From Octopus vulgaris (lineage: Eukaryota): DNA of 64,000 nucleotides. The stretch lies in contig OX597816.1 in assembly GCA_951406725.2 (NCBI GenBank), forward strand, positions 124,930,001 through 124,994,000. The letters are read 5' to 3'. Positions within the stretch are counted from its first letter, which is position 1. Each line of letters begins with the position of its first letter. Made by a program: the position numbers and the translations under genes. The notes under the pieces were generated by a model that worked only from the letters and a program-made list of their open reading frames with translations, was not told the DNA's origin and did no database searches. Shown piece by piece: positions 26,001-40,055 of the stretch.

Positions 26001-26399
26001 TTGTTGCAGAAGCAACTGCGGTTAAATTTTTGTAAACAGCATATTATGGCGAACCAACATGGGCAACACCGCGTGCACCTGCTAGGGATTGAGCTGGATC
26101 AGCTCTCTCATTTTTGTCTAGTCGTGTAGATCCGATCGTATGTAAATGGAAACAAAATAAATTATATCTTTATATTGATAGTCTGCAACAAAAAAGTTGA
26201 AAAAAGTTGTGATTGGTACAGAGTGAGTTACAGTTACTCCCGCCGTTCACCTGCACTTTGCTACTCCTTCGAGTTTTTCAGAACTTCAGAAGATACGTAC
26301 AGCCGGATCCAAACATACTTTTGGTATTTTTGTGTAAAGATCACCTGCAAAAGAAAAGTTAATCAATAAAAGTCACAATTAACCGGTATTACATCATCA

Positions 26400-26742
26400 A
26401 TTCTAGAGAGATTCGCTAAAATGTGCCATTTTCCTCTCTAAAAGGCAAACTATGGGTCCGCACTCCGTTTATCCGCAAGAGGGTGTTATTTTTGCCCATA
26501 GTAACATCCGCTCACATACCCACAAATACAGATACGCATATGAAATGGGAGTCATAGTTTCTCCCGCCGTTCACCCGCGCCTAAATGTTATTCCACCCGC
26601 CGTTTACACGAACATTTTTTCGAAATCAATTTATACTTAAAACCTCCCGAGACACAGGCAATGTGCGTGTGAAGTGTAAAAAAATCAGTCGAGCCGTTTT
26701 GGCGCGAAACGAGGACATACCGATACACACTTTCAGTTCTTA
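26400..26742 (+). mobile_element. possible non-autonomous Helitron/HINE-like end
   Basis: aaaatcagtcgagccgttttggcgcg...cataccgatacacactttcag resembles DINE-1/Lep1-type 3' ends (recall only). Confidence 0.35.
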
Positions 26743-27992
26743 AAGAAACTATTCGTAATTATATTTCCCATAATAGCAATCAAAATATCCCGTACGTATC
26801 ATAGCATGTATTAATTATTGATCGAATAAGACCAGTTCGTCCGTTACAAATAATACCTTTAGTCAGTACACATATTTGAACAACCATCACATCCAGATGC
26901 TTAAACGATTGCGAACTTCTCCATCAGTTGCAGTGATTCAAGTTTTCACTTAAATATGCCGACAATTTTCGGCAGAATTAACTCGGATGATAACCTTCTT
27001 ATGAAAACTACCGTTTTCTTACTTTCTTATTCTGCGGCCTTTCGCATCCTCACCGTAAATTTGGACTACCGTCGGCCATTTTATTTTGTCATATCCTTTA
27101 ACAGTTATAATTTTAAATAAGCTGAATTTGAATAAGCTGTTGATGTTGATTATGAGAAGTTGGATTGTTTTAATCTATCCTTCCCAATGCATCACTTATT
27201 GAATTTCTAAAGTACTAGTAAAAGTGTTAGTATTAAATGCCTTTCCCTTCCAGCTTCTTCTTTCTTCCCCGCTTTGTTTCTCACCCTATTTTTTGCATTC
27301 TATTTTCACCAATAACTATTATCATTAATCTTAGCAGCTAAAACATTAAGACGTGTTTTTCATATTGCTCTTTAAGGCCCTGAGGTCTGAACCATATGAC
27401 GCAGCATGGAATAATAATATGGTCTAATTATTTTCGTACATGAACATTACAACATTTGGATGTCTGCTCATGCCCGGTCCCGAGGTAAAAAGCTTTGATT
27501 TTAGACAGATTAAATCTTTCTTAGTATTTTATCAACAGACATACAATATAATATTGCAGAGAACTCACTAAAACAAAAAATATATAAGGTAATTTTAATT
27601 CCACAGAATTTAAATACAAAATCTGGTAAGAAGATATTGCAGCAAATTGCACCCATTTTAGAATGAGAAAATATTAATGTAATATTAATGTTTCCGTGGA
27701 AACTATAGATACTAAGAGTGATTCTGCTGTTGGACTTGTTCCAAAAGGATAAAGAAACAATAAGCTGGAGAAAAAAATATATATAACGTAAGTAACACTG
27801 TTCCTTTTTTATCATAGAAATTTCGGTGGCTTGTTTGTAAGATAATGTACCTGATGAGTACTGAGATTGATACAATGGACCATACACAGCTCACATAACT
27901 GATATTGTGCCAAATTATAAATTGTTAGTGGTGCTATTAACTATCATCCTCTTTATCATCATTATTGCTGTTGTTGTTGTTACCGTTATTGT

Positions 27993-28282
27993 TGTTAGAA
28001 CGCCGGACAAAATATTCTGGAACATTTCATTCGCATTTACGTTCTGAGTTCAGAAGATGACGTTCATCGAAGTCAACTTTGTTCTTCATCTTTTCAGTCG
28101 ACAAATTAAGTACCAGCGGAGCACAGGGGTCGATGTAATCGACAAGCTCCTTGCCGCCAATCTCCAGGGTCGATAAAACAAGTACCAGTAGAGCACTTGA
28201 GGTTTATGTAATCGGCTATCCTTCTTCCCAAGAATTACAGGCCTTGTGCCGATAATAGAAAGGATTATTATCATCATTATTT
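27993..28282 (+). mobile_element. SINE family 2 with tandem duplication of its central core
   Basis: gtcga(c/t)aaa..aagtaccag..gagcac..g.ggt..atgtaatcg.c occurs twice (~28098, ~28168); ends gccttgtgcc..taatagaaaggattattatc. Confidence 0.8.
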
Positions 28283-29855
28283 TTATGCGCCATGAAGTTC
28301 ATGCTACTTTATCTAAGTAGGGATAGTATTCTGAGGTTTGGTGAGAAATTTAAAATCATAAGTTTCTTTTTTAGGGCAGCATTTACCAGCAAATTCACAT
28401 TAGATGGCTTATTCCCAGTTATCATTTTATCTCTAAGGCAGCTAGTAGCCATTGTGCCAATTGCGCCATCTACACGAAGGAAAACATTTTGATCATTGAG
28501 TTTTACCATCACGTCATCTATCCGGCTTGGTCACAATATTTCTCAATGTTCCAAGGTTTTTGATATCCAGTTTACTATAATATGGATTTACAATATCAAT
28601 GCTATTGCAATGCCTTCTGTTTCTCATTCTCTTCTCCAGAAACATGGCTGATCGCATCCCTTCAATACATTGATTATTTCTATACAGAAACCCCATAAAT
28701 CCCTCTAATTGTCACCATGACACTCCCTCACTTATGTTGAAACCACTCCAACATTTACGTCTTCTCATTTTCGCTCTACACTTAATATCATTCTATTGGT
28801 ATACACTAGATCATCAGTTCCTCTTCGGTTTTTGTACTCTATTTACTCTTCAGAAAACAATTTACATTTTCTAGAATGATATATTATTTATTTGCTGCAA
28901 GACAAGCTAACGATTTCCAGACCAGTGGTTAAGCATTGAATTAGCTTATTATTAATGACTACCGCTCACTCCTATCTCACACTCTATATTAACAATTCTT
29001 ATTCTTGTGTGTTCCATTTTCTATAAAATCAATAAGAAGTAGTTGTATAAACTAGAACCCTCTACAAAGCGTTCTGTTTCAATAAAGTTCTGAGCATCTC
29101 CTTTATACCCGTTCGTGTACTACTTATATTCACAAATCTCGAACTATTTTATATTTCACTTTTCATTCGTCGTAAGCATGCTTCACTGTGGTTTTGAAAC
29201 TCCATGCATCAAATAAATCACCAAAATTTCCTTGTAATGCCAAAATCTGCTAAATCTCTCTTCCAATGTTCATTATCATTGCTCATGTTTCGGTTATTGT
29301 TTTCTTTTCTTTTATTAAGGGACCCCATTGCTGATATCCATTTATTCTTTATTAGTAGCAACCACATGTCTACTATTTTTACCCGTTTTGTCTTACTTTG
29401 GGAGCTTTTCTCCATTACTTAGCAGATTGTAACCCTCTATGGCTGTTGTCATGCTTTTGTTGCAGCCGTAATATCATTCTGTCATCGCATTCTTTTAATT
29501 ATAGCACCTATCCATTTATCCTTCCAATATCATTATTGACGTGTTCAACTAGGCTTTTAAAACACTTTTTCCATTATCAAATTTAACCTTTTATCGAATG
29601 TTCCATCAACAACAGGAAAAAAAAAACTGACGTCAATGATCACATACTATTTCTCATTTTCATTCCCTATACCATATGTTGCTTTCTCCTTCACTTTTCG
29701 ATACTTTCTTATCACCAGGACATTCAATAGCTATGATTACACAGATTTGTTTTCCTCTTTATTCACAACTAAATCCGACTTTCGATGTTCAATTCCATTA
29801 TTGGGTCTTTTTTGTCTTTGTGCACTCATTCACAATATGCCATGTAGTTTCATTT

Positions 29856-30033
29856 ATACTACCACCACTACAACCACCGACACCACCAACACCACCTCTA
29901 TCACCACCACCACAATCACCACTAATGCTGCTACTACTACTACTACTAATAATAATAATAATAATAGTATCGTCGTCATCATCATCATCATCATCAACAT
30001 CATCATCATCACCATCATCCTCATCATCATCAA

Positions 30034-30082
<49 letters not shown>

Positions 30083-30098
30083 GTTATTATTATTATCA

Positions 30099-30175
<77 letters not shown>
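29856..30175. repeat. compound trinucleotide microsatellite (ACC/ACT/AAT/ATC/ATT)
   Basis: Directly visible. Confidence 0.95.
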
Positions 30176-31615
30176 TTACTTCTCAGGACATTCGGTCTTG
30201 TTTGTTCTGGTAGACTCCGTGAGAACGGATAGCAGCCTCCCGTCAGAGGTCTCACAGGGTCTCTTACTGCAAATTATAAACTTTAATACTTGGTTGTTAA
30301 TTATTGTGGTAGGCATTCAACATCTAAGTACCAATCTCAAACTCCTAACTGTCCCCAGCGGAGCATTTGTGGGGTGGGGCTTGCTCTGCTCTCATATCAA
30401 TACCGATTTCTTTGACAGATTTCTCGAACTTAGTTGTTGGTGCTCCGAATGCCCCTACAACAACTGGAATGACAGACACTCTCCTCATAGTCCACCTTCT
30501 CACAATTTCGTCTGTTGGTAGTCTACACTTATCAATTTTTATAGCCCTTTGTCACTTATGCGTGCATTTCAAAGTAATGCAATACTTACGATCATGGTTT
30601 CCTTTTTTACTTTATCTACCACAACAATATCTGGTATCCAAGCCTAGGGAACACATTGGATTGTAAAATCCCAGAGTATCTTATGTTCCTTGTTCTCGTT
30701 GACTACTTCTGGTTCATGTTCGTACTCTTTCCGTGCTCTGTTCAGGTCATACTTTTCACAGAGATCCAGTGGACGACCTTGGCTACGTTATCATGCCTGT
30801 CTTTGTAGTGCTTTTGGCCCAGCTTGCTACGCTCACTCACAATATCTGAGTTTGTTTCATTTCTGCTGCCACACATCCTATAAAGGTGCGATTCATTACT
30901 TTTACCTATATGGAACATGATGTAATTAGTTCTCAGAGCTTGTTTCTGAGCGCTGCATATCAATGCCTCAGTGCATCCTTTTTCGTAGCCATCTCCAAGT
31001 GTTGATCTTGTTTTTTCCATTGATTTCTCAGAGGTATTGTGCATGCAATGGTTTCATTTTCCAGCTTTTTACTCTTTCTTCTTAATTTGTTTCTTAAATG
31101 TTTGTGAGTGCATCGCATTTTCGGTAGGTATTATATTGTTAATTCTAAGAGCGGCAAGCAAGGATTCACTCTGCTGTTTGATTAACCAACCAAGACTGTT
31201 CTTCTCGTTGACAACACTGATTTTCCATCCCATGAGACCTATTTCACTCCTGTTTCTAGGCACATACAGTCTGTCAGTATCGCTTTTGAGGAGTAGCACC
31301 TTGTTAATTGTCATCACTTTTCTAGCTTTCCTATCCATTTCCTCAAGCTCGTTCTTTGTCCACCTCACAATACCTGCGTAGTCTCACGTTACAGAAACAG
31401 CGCATGTGTTCATTGCCCGAATTTTGTTTTTTTTCATTGAGTCAACTTCCCACAATTAATTTGGTTCTTTTGAGATATTCTCGTTTCGAGCTTTCCTTCA
31501 TATCATTTTCTTTGTTGTTGTCGTATTCTAAAATCCCCAGATATTTATATCCATTTGTCTCAATATCCTTCATTTTCTCGCCGTTGTGTAGCTCTAAACC
31601 AACAGAAGACACTAC
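30176..31615 (-). mobile_element. R4/Dong-type non-LTR copy, family D, 5'-truncated and degenerate
   Basis: GYKYLG, WTKNELEEMDRKARKVMT, DRLYVPR, TEALICSAQKQALRTN, YRMCGSRNET, RHDNVAKVVHW, VIPVVVGAFG; triplet tracts on both sides. Confidence 0.85.
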
Positions 31616-31621
31616 TTGACA

Positions 31622-31893
<272 letters not shown>

Positions 31894-31899
31894 ATATGT

Positions 31900-32606
31900 C
31901 GACTAACAGACTTTCCTCTTCTTTGTTGATCTGGGTAACAATATCTGGGCAATAATATACGATCTTGATATCTATGAATACGGTTGCTTTTTCATATCCT
32001 CAAAAATGGTTTTGGGATATGCCTATACCATCTATTTTATGAAGGCATTTCACAATGTTTGTACAGTTCGCGATATATGTAAGTCCCAAATATGTGTGGA
32101 TATATCATTTCTTGATTATGACTGGGCAGCGACAGATAATATATTATATTGTTTCTTCCCATTAATAAAATATTCTGATTCTAACTGTATTCTGCATTCT
32201 GTTTCATTGTGTGTTCGTCGGTTGTTTTTATGTGAAGGCTTTCATTTTGTGTCGAAATTGTGAACCCACCAGTCTCTAATCAAAATCCTCCTATAAATGG
32301 TTTTCTTACCATCACTTGATCATGATATTCTTTACACGCAGTTTTAACATAGAATTTGCTTGGACTACAGTTACTGTTTTTCTTCTCTTTCTTCATAACA
32401 ATTAGTTGTTTTGACTTGTACTTTGTATTTTGCGGCTTCCCTGACAAAAGAGAACTTTTTGAATGTTCATTTAGGTATGTATGTATGTATGTATGTATGT
32501 AAGTTTCTCTTGATTCCGATTTATATATTTTTGCACTCCTGTATTTTATAGTACTTCTCTAGTTCCACAATAATGATACAAACTCTCAACGTTTTCAACT
32601 TCGTAA

Positions 32607-32650
<44 letters not shown>

Positions 32651-34050
32651 CATACATACATACATACATACATACATGTGTGTGAGGGTGTGTGGATGTG
32701 TGAGCATGTATGTCATTATGTATGTATCTATGTATATATGTATGTATGGTTTTTCTGTCAGATTTTGAGCTCTGTATTCTATTTCCGGCAAAGTCTTGCT
32801 AGTTCATGTTGGGGCCAATTCAGTATATTACAACTGTAACTTATAACAAAGAAAACTTGAGTGTTGTTAGATATTATTTAAGTTTTCGCTTTTAGCACTA
32901 TTTAAGGAGTAAACGGAATTTCTATGGTATTCATTCCTTATCTTTTTTTCATTCGTGCCTATTCTATCTAGCACACCAAATTTATTGATTCATAAGTAGT
33001 TGCGTTTCTCGAATTGGTTTCTTGATATGGTTGAGTATACTTGTTATTACGTAGTTTTCCACTCTTGAATGTTGCTTTAACACATCATTCTAAGACGAAT
33101 TTCATATTGTTTCCTTCGGTAAGTCTGTTGCCTTTCTAACTGTTTATCACTGGCAGCAAGGGACGGTTGATTATTTTACAATTTTAGTTTTATCTAAATC
33201 AGTTCTGTTTAACGTATCGGTTTATGGTGTTAACGCTACATATAAAAGAAGTCTATTTGGAATAGTTCTTTTTAATGGGGATAGGTTAAGCTTTCCTACT
33301 TCTTACTTTTGTTTGTAGCTGCAGAACCGTTTATCATTTAGTCATGATAGGTTTCATGTATGTATTTTTATTGCCTGTGCTACCGCACTCATAGTTAATA
33401 TTTCCAGAACCAAGATATGAGGAATATTGTCAAAATAACGTACAGTAATCAATACTTGCTATGCTCAAACACTTTCTTTTTTCCTGTCGGTAGTCATCAT
33501 TTATGATTTTGTTGATCAATAATCGATCTTTACAGTCATATGAGCCTTTGCAACATCCCTTCTGTCCTGCTAGAAACGAGTTTCTGTTTTTATAGTTTTG
33601 GGCGTGTGAAGATTCTGTGAATTTGAAAATGAAGACGGTTTTCCCGTCCCTGAACCATGAAGTATTGTCTCTGGCTCAGTCAGTTTCGAATGAAACTCCT
33701 CTGCTTCTATTTTATAGGTCCATCTTAGATATTTTTAGAAAAACTTGGGCATCTTGTCGTGCTTTCGTGCCTTTTTCTTGCGTCATTTTTTGAAGTACGT
33801 ACCTTATTTCTTTGCTGGTAATGGTATCCTATGTTGTTAAGGCACAGTGTTTGTTATTTTGTGAAATATTTTTTCACCTTGATTTCTTCAAAACCAAAAA
33901 TATCTTCTACTTATATTGCTGCTGGTTCTGTATTGACTTCTATTTTATTTGCACTAATTTTTTACAGAGTGTTTTTTGATTGGAATCAAAGAATCGTTGG
34001 CGTTTTCCATACCGTCGAAATTTTGTGATTTAGCAAGGATATTTCGTGCA
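31900..34050 (-). mobile_element. old, degraded R4/Dong-type element (RT and RLE remnants)
   Basis: Minus strand: GQKGCCKGSYDCKDRLLINKI (~33506-33572), FDNIPH, LSPL, IICRCPV, RWYRHIP, PDIV. Confidence 0.7.
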
Positions 34051-34112
<62 letters not shown>

Positions 34113-34113
<1 letters not shown>

Positions 34114-34989
34114 TTTTTTTTTCTTCTTTCAAATTTGCTTCCATTTCTTGCCGAGTGTCTTCCCGACTCCTAGGGCAAAGAAACTCATAGTATACATTGG
34201 TAGGCCATTAAACCAAACTCAATAGTTCGTTCATTTTTTTTTTTTTTTTTAGGTTAAATTAAAATACATGAGCAGCAACAGTTCTCACATCGACAATGCT
34301 CTTCTCAATACGTGTGATGTACCAGTTAAGACAATCTTTTGCACTTCTTGCAGGGATGGTAAGCCAGAGATCATTCTCATATAATTTTCGGTTCCCTTCT
34401 TGATCATTCCTAGTGCTCCTACGATCAGTGGTTTTGTAACCGCCTTGAGATGCCACATTGTCTCAATTTCAATGAGTAGGTCTTTATATTTTCTGAGCTT
34501 GTCAAACTCTTTCGCTGAGATATTATGATCACAGGGGATGCTCATGTCGATCAATAAGCAAACTTTATTGTTTTGGTCTTTCACAACAATATCTGGTTTA
34601 TTGGCCTTGATGGTTAGGTCTGTATGTACTGGAAAGTCCCACAGAATGGTTACATTTTCTCCTTCAGTTACAGCCTCAGGGTGGTGATTATACCACTTGT
34701 CGGCAGTTTTGATATTGTAATGCCGACTTATTAGCCAGTGTAGATATTGGCCAACTCTGTCATGTCTTAATTTATACTCCACTGGAGCTAAGACTTTACA
34801 TCCAGAGATTAGGTGGTCCACTGTTTCAATCATGTCGTTGCAGAATCGGCATTTTGGGTCTGCTCCATTTTTCATCACATTGGCCTGGTAGTTCCGGGTT
34901 AATAGGCTTTGATCTTGAGCAGCCAGGATGAAACCTTCGCTCGCTGCTTTTAGCCCTGAGCTCCGTAGCCACTGATGGGTTTGCTTCTG

Positions 34990-34990
<1 letters not shown>
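34113..34990 (-). mobile_element. R4/Dong-type non-LTR copy, family C, 5'-truncated between (ATT)n tracts
   Basis: ORF 34285-34878: CRFCNDMIETVDHLISGC (CCHC), RHD, KPDIVV...IDMSIP.D...K..KY (RLE); (ATT)n at 34053-34112 and 34992-35061. Confidence 0.92.
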
Positions 34991-35044
<54 letters not shown>

Positions 35045-35061
35045 CATCATTATTATTATTA

Positions 35062-37375
35062 TGGCCGCCATAATGTGAAGTCACGGAAAGTAGGTGCTCC
35101 GTTAGTTGAAAAGGTGTTTTAGAAATTTTTCAGCCGTCTTTTAATTTCTGCTGTTAACAGTGAATGCATCTTTGAGATTGTCTGGCCTGTGCAGATAGTA
35201 CTTTACTTTTGTGTAAAATCACCCCCGGTTTTGCAAGGGGTGCACATCAATAATTTTTAGATTTTAACTGCTTTCGGCAAAAACAAATATTTTGCAATTT
35301 TCTCTAATGATTTAAAGATGGCTGATAAAGAAGCCGTCATAATGTTCGACAAAGGTACGTGCTCCTTGTCGAGAAATATTGAGAACGAAGAAAGAACTTA
35401 GAATATAAATCTCGAATGGCCTAAACTTAATGATGTTACCGAGGCGAAAAATGTTTCGTCTCTAAGCAACGTCAAAACTTTCGATGTCGACAATGAGAAC
35501 AACTGCAACATCATCATCAGCAGTGACAATGACAACAATAAAAACAACAACAATAATAATAACAGCAGCAACAACAATAAGAAAGAAATGAAGCAAAAAA
35601 CACAAATATTGACTCTGCGTCTTTTGTGTCAACGGCGAGAAATATGGAAGGTTTCCACATAGATGAAAAAAAGAGATGGGTGAAGGGCAGCTCTAAACAT
35701 TCCATCCGAAGTGGTAGAAAATATTGCAAGATGCACGGTAACCTACCATTACATTGGAGTCAAGGCTCGGTGGGTGGAACATGCTGCTGAGAGCGAAGTA
35801 CAAAAATGCCCTGTACGCGTGTGTGAGAAAAAGACCCACATCATCCGAGGAATGAGGTTTGGAACCATTGAGGTGAGATTTGGGACGGAAGAAGCTAAGT
35901 GTAATTCCACAACCACTTTCAGGAATGACAACTTTTTCTGAATCCCCAGCTATCGCGGCCAACGCCTTGCCAAGATGAGGGTGTTGAATGTGCTGCTAGA
36001 AATATTCATTACCTGATTAGTAGCGGCCGTCTTGGCAGGTTTAGAAGAAGATGAAGTCATAATATTAGAGGTCAGGAAACTACCTAAGCAAAACTGTTTA
36101 GGTATAGGTAATAAATTAACCTTGCAATGCAAGCAAGACCATATCGAGCAGCTTCCTGATTTAATCGGTCTCCTTGATTATAATCGCCTGTCAGTGTTCG
36201 TGGAGGGTAGAATGCCAAGATGCTACAAATGTGGATCTGTAAATCACTTAAAGGTTTGATGCCCCGAAACAACGAAGATAAAGTCCTACTGCTGCCAGCA
36301 TTATAAATGCAAGTGCAAAATCATAAAGAAACGCTCAAGACTCCTACACCTACTCCCACACCCACACTCACACCCACTCCCAAACCAAGACAAACAAGGA
36401 GTCTACCCCCTGTTGCCAGGGAAAATCAAGTTTTCCCTGAATGCTGTTCCTCCCAAATCAACATCAACTGCAATGGCATGGAGAAGGAAGAACTGGACGT
36501 TCAATAGATCACAGTGACAAAAAAGGGTAGGTGAAAGAGGAGGAGGGTACATAGCCCTACAAAAAGAAATCATCAAAAATTTATTCTGAAACCACAGCTG
36601 CTACACAATTCACAACCACTCCAACAAAAACAACAGGAATACGATCACCGAGAATACGATGGTAGGGAAGTGGTCCTGAACGTGACTGGTAGCGAAGGCG
36701 GCGCCTTTGGACTGGTGGCGGTTTATGCCACAACAAGGGCTGAAAGGCCAGATTCCTTCAGGCGTCTAGAAATATTCTTGGGAATGTCTCGCACTTAAGT
36801 ACTAGTGGGGGACCGAAATAGTATTTTGGACGCACGGAAAGACAATGTGGGTTCAGTACACAATAGAAGGTTGTGTAAAAAATTTGAAAGCCTGGTCATG
36901 ATTTACCAGCTTTCTGACAGGTACGACTGGATTTCCCTGATGCGCCAGTGTGGATATGAAGCAACCACAGCGGGTCATCTAGATCGTATTTGTTAGATCA
37001 GAGGATAGGGATAGCATAGGTTATCCACAATTTTAATTGGTCGGCTAGACATATCACACATTTGTGATATGCTCAGTCGATTTAGATTGGACTCGTAGAC
37101 AGGGACCCAGTAAATGGGAAGTTGAATGTGTCCTTACCGGCTCGTAATGACTACAAGAACCGGATTAGCGAGATAGTTAAGCGGTAGTTGACGGGGGCTA
37201 TCGCCAACAACGGGTGGTGGATCACTCTGTAGAGAGCGATTAGAGTAGAATCGATAGCATTGAGCAAGATTTAGCAATAGAAAGAAATAGAGAGAGAACT
37301 AGTTAGCAAACCAGAAAAGGCTATTAGCAAAGACATCGCGACCGACGTGTTAGCAGTGAGAATGGCCCTTGACTT
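35062..37375 (+). mobile_element. Tx1/L1-clade LINE remnant (ORF1 zinc knuckle + APE endonuclease), lacking RT
   Basis: ORF1-like GTIEVRFGTEEAK and GRMPRCYKCGSVNHLKV*C (CCHC); APE-like LVAVYA, LVGDRNSILD, LDRI, WKLNVSL. Confidence 0.75.
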
Positions 37376-37399
37376 ATAAAAACTTTCAGTATTCACCTG

Positions 37400-38450
37400 G
37401 AACGCATAGCTGTCCTTGAAAATGTTTAATCTTTTCTCGAACCACTTTAACGGTGTTGCTTTGGCTTGGATAATTTGCTTGGTTTTTTTTTAACTTCTAC
37501 GATTTCGTTTATTCGTTTAATATCAGATTTTCGTTTCGCTTTTGGTATCTTAACATCTTTTTTGCTTTTAATATTTTTGAGTATTTCAATATCTGATTCG
37601 AGTAAACTACTTTTTTTCTAATTTTCCTTTGTCATGCTGTATTCCTGTTTATACGCAGAGTCATTTTTGTTACTTGAATATCACACAGTGTAGTGGTTAT
37701 TAAAGCAGCAGCTTAAAGTATGACAGATGTACATTTTCAGTTAAGATGTATAATATAACTCCGATTTCCTTATCTATTAATCTCTCATTTTGTTTTGGAA
37801 CATCTTTGCGTTCTCCCAGTTCCGTGTTTTTGACTTCAGACTCTGTAACAGAGATTTTGATTTTAGATTGTCAGGTTTTGTGTTTGTGTTTCCACTTTCT
37901 ACCGTAATCACTCTCTATTTCATCAACGCGTGCGGCAATTTCGTCGAGCTCCTCTCTTTGGGTATTTCTCTTTCTAAGCTCTACATTCCAGTAGAGAGAT
38001 GCTTTGCATCATTATTTACATCTTCATTTCTATGACTATCGGTATGCATATATAATTGAATTTGTTGGATACCCAGTCACTCAACAGCATTTTCTTTATA
38101 ATGCTTCAGCGAATATTAAATAATTTATTATCATCCATATTTGGTCTATTGGTAGATATTTTCGTACACCTGTTTCACTATGTTTGTTCCGTATTCGATC
38201 TAACTGAGTGGGGAAGATATTTCGCAGTTATCCGTTCTGGTTTTCTTCTTTAACCCATTCTTGTCTCTTTTTTTAGCTGTACCAGATGAAGAAGGCGTGC
38301 AAGACGTGAGCCATTGTTTAGAGTTATCTAGTTTTAAGTTATCTCTTTCATGCTTGTGTTTTGAGAAGGAACCAGACCATCAGCAGACTTTTCAACCTTA
38401 GATTGGTGTGACGCTGTGTGTCATAATCCCTTTCTTCTTCCGAGTATAGA
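37400..38450 (-). mobile_element. probable N-terminal part of an old R4/Dong element
   Basis: Decayed motifs resembling the R4 N-terminus (NKLFNIR*SIIKKMLLS, AAALITT); weak. Confidence 0.4.
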
Positions 38451-39619
38451 TTGATTGGTGGTCTATTTTCTTTATTAAGTATTTCAGATAAACTTATGTG
38501 TTGTCCTTATCACCAAAGCGGTACTTTTATAGTACATGAGTTTCATGTTAGGCAGGGAAACATGTCCTATATTTCCTCAATCCCATATTACTATCATTGT
38601 TATTTTTTAAAAACTTTTCATTGCGTGGTAATATTTCATAACATTCTAGCATTATACAGCATTGCGTGATTCAGTTACTTGAAGTGTTTTGTTTGATTTT
38701 TGTAATGTCATTTATAAACATGTGAATGCTTATTCATGAAGTTAATGCCATTTGCGCTCGTTTATATATGTAGATATAGGCGAGTGGTATAAATAATGGT
38801 TCTTTATGTAGAGCCGATATTTATGCAGGGCCGATATTAAATGTTAATAGATACAATTCCTATGCATTGTGTTCGAGGTAGTCATAAGTAAAGAAGTTAT
38901 GAGGAGACAGAGGCAGGAAGAAAAAGATTGACTGGCAAACACACAAATAAGTATCATTAGTCTATGTATAGATTCAATAGAAGTTAACAGGAAAAGAGAA
39001 GTAAAAAGTGTTGTTTGCTCTTTGATAGGACTAGCATAGTTGGTGCTGATCAGTACAGTCAGCAAATGTCAAAATATGTAAGTTGCTACTATTTGCAATT
39101 ACGAGAGTGTTGGCAGAGTTTGAGAAGTACTGACTAATTTCTTCTGAAAAATAAATATACACACTGTTGCTTATTATAACATCAAATGCAGTTTCGTAGT
39201 GATATGAATTCTTGTAGCGGTGCTGTTAAACAGTGTTATTTGTATAAAGAATCGGATGCGCTTGACAGCTTTCGGAATTCTGTAGTTTGTAAATTTTTCA
39301 ACTGTTCACCTTTGTTAAAATATCGGCTGCACTTCGCAATTTTGTAGTTGTGTACTTTGTAAATATGTCAGCTGCTTATATTCAGCATGTGTTATCAATA
39401 TTAGATAGTGTTCTGAGTTCTGAATTTTGGAAGTGTTCAAATTTATCTTGGATATGAAAGAAAAATGTAAGCGTGTTGGAACGGCTAGGAGAAATTATAA
39501 ACTCACACTGAGTCACTGATTTTGAATTTACTTAAAATGGTGTGTAAGCTAGATAACCGGTAGTCTTTAAGAGTGTTTTGGGATAAAATTGGGCGAATGT
39601 TAACATATACGAATTATCG

Positions 39620-39826
39620 AAGCTGGCAGAAATGTTAGCAAGCCAGGCAGAATACTCAGTGACATTTTGTCCGTCTATACGTTCTGACTTTAAATTCCCC
39701 TGAGATCGACTTTGCCATTCATTGTTTCGGAGACTATAAAATAAATACCAGCTGAGTAGTGAAGTCTATCTAATTGACTAGTCCTCTCACTTGAATTGTC
39801 AAGCCTTGAGCCTATTATAGAAAGGA

Positions 39827-39830
<4 letters not shown>
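39620..39830 (+). mobile_element. SINE family 2 ending in an (ATT)n tail
   Basis: gctggcagaaatgttagca...gttctgactttaaattcc...gactttgcc...gccttgagcctattatagaaaggatcattatt. Confidence 0.8.
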
Positions 39831-39911
<81 letters not shown>

Positions 39912-39912
<1 letters not shown>

Positions 39913-40055
39913 TTACCCTTTTACCCTCTTTGTACAGCTTGTAACACTGGAGATATACTACTGTGTCAGATTTTCCCTACCAGTGAATTAAGGTAACACC
40001 CGTTCATTTTCGAGCACCAACAGGAGTATTCGAGCGGTTCAAAACAGGGCTGTTT
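39912..40055 (-). mobile_element. R4/Dong family B 3' end
   Basis: Reverse complement of the 3' UTR seen at 1006-1085. Confidence 0.8.

Noticed and set aside
27845-27880. CTGATGAGTAC motif
   Set aside because: No GAAA or closing helices
29218-29415. DLADFGITRK as a kinase DFG motif
   Set aside because: No HRD, VAIK or APE motifs nearby and no exon structure
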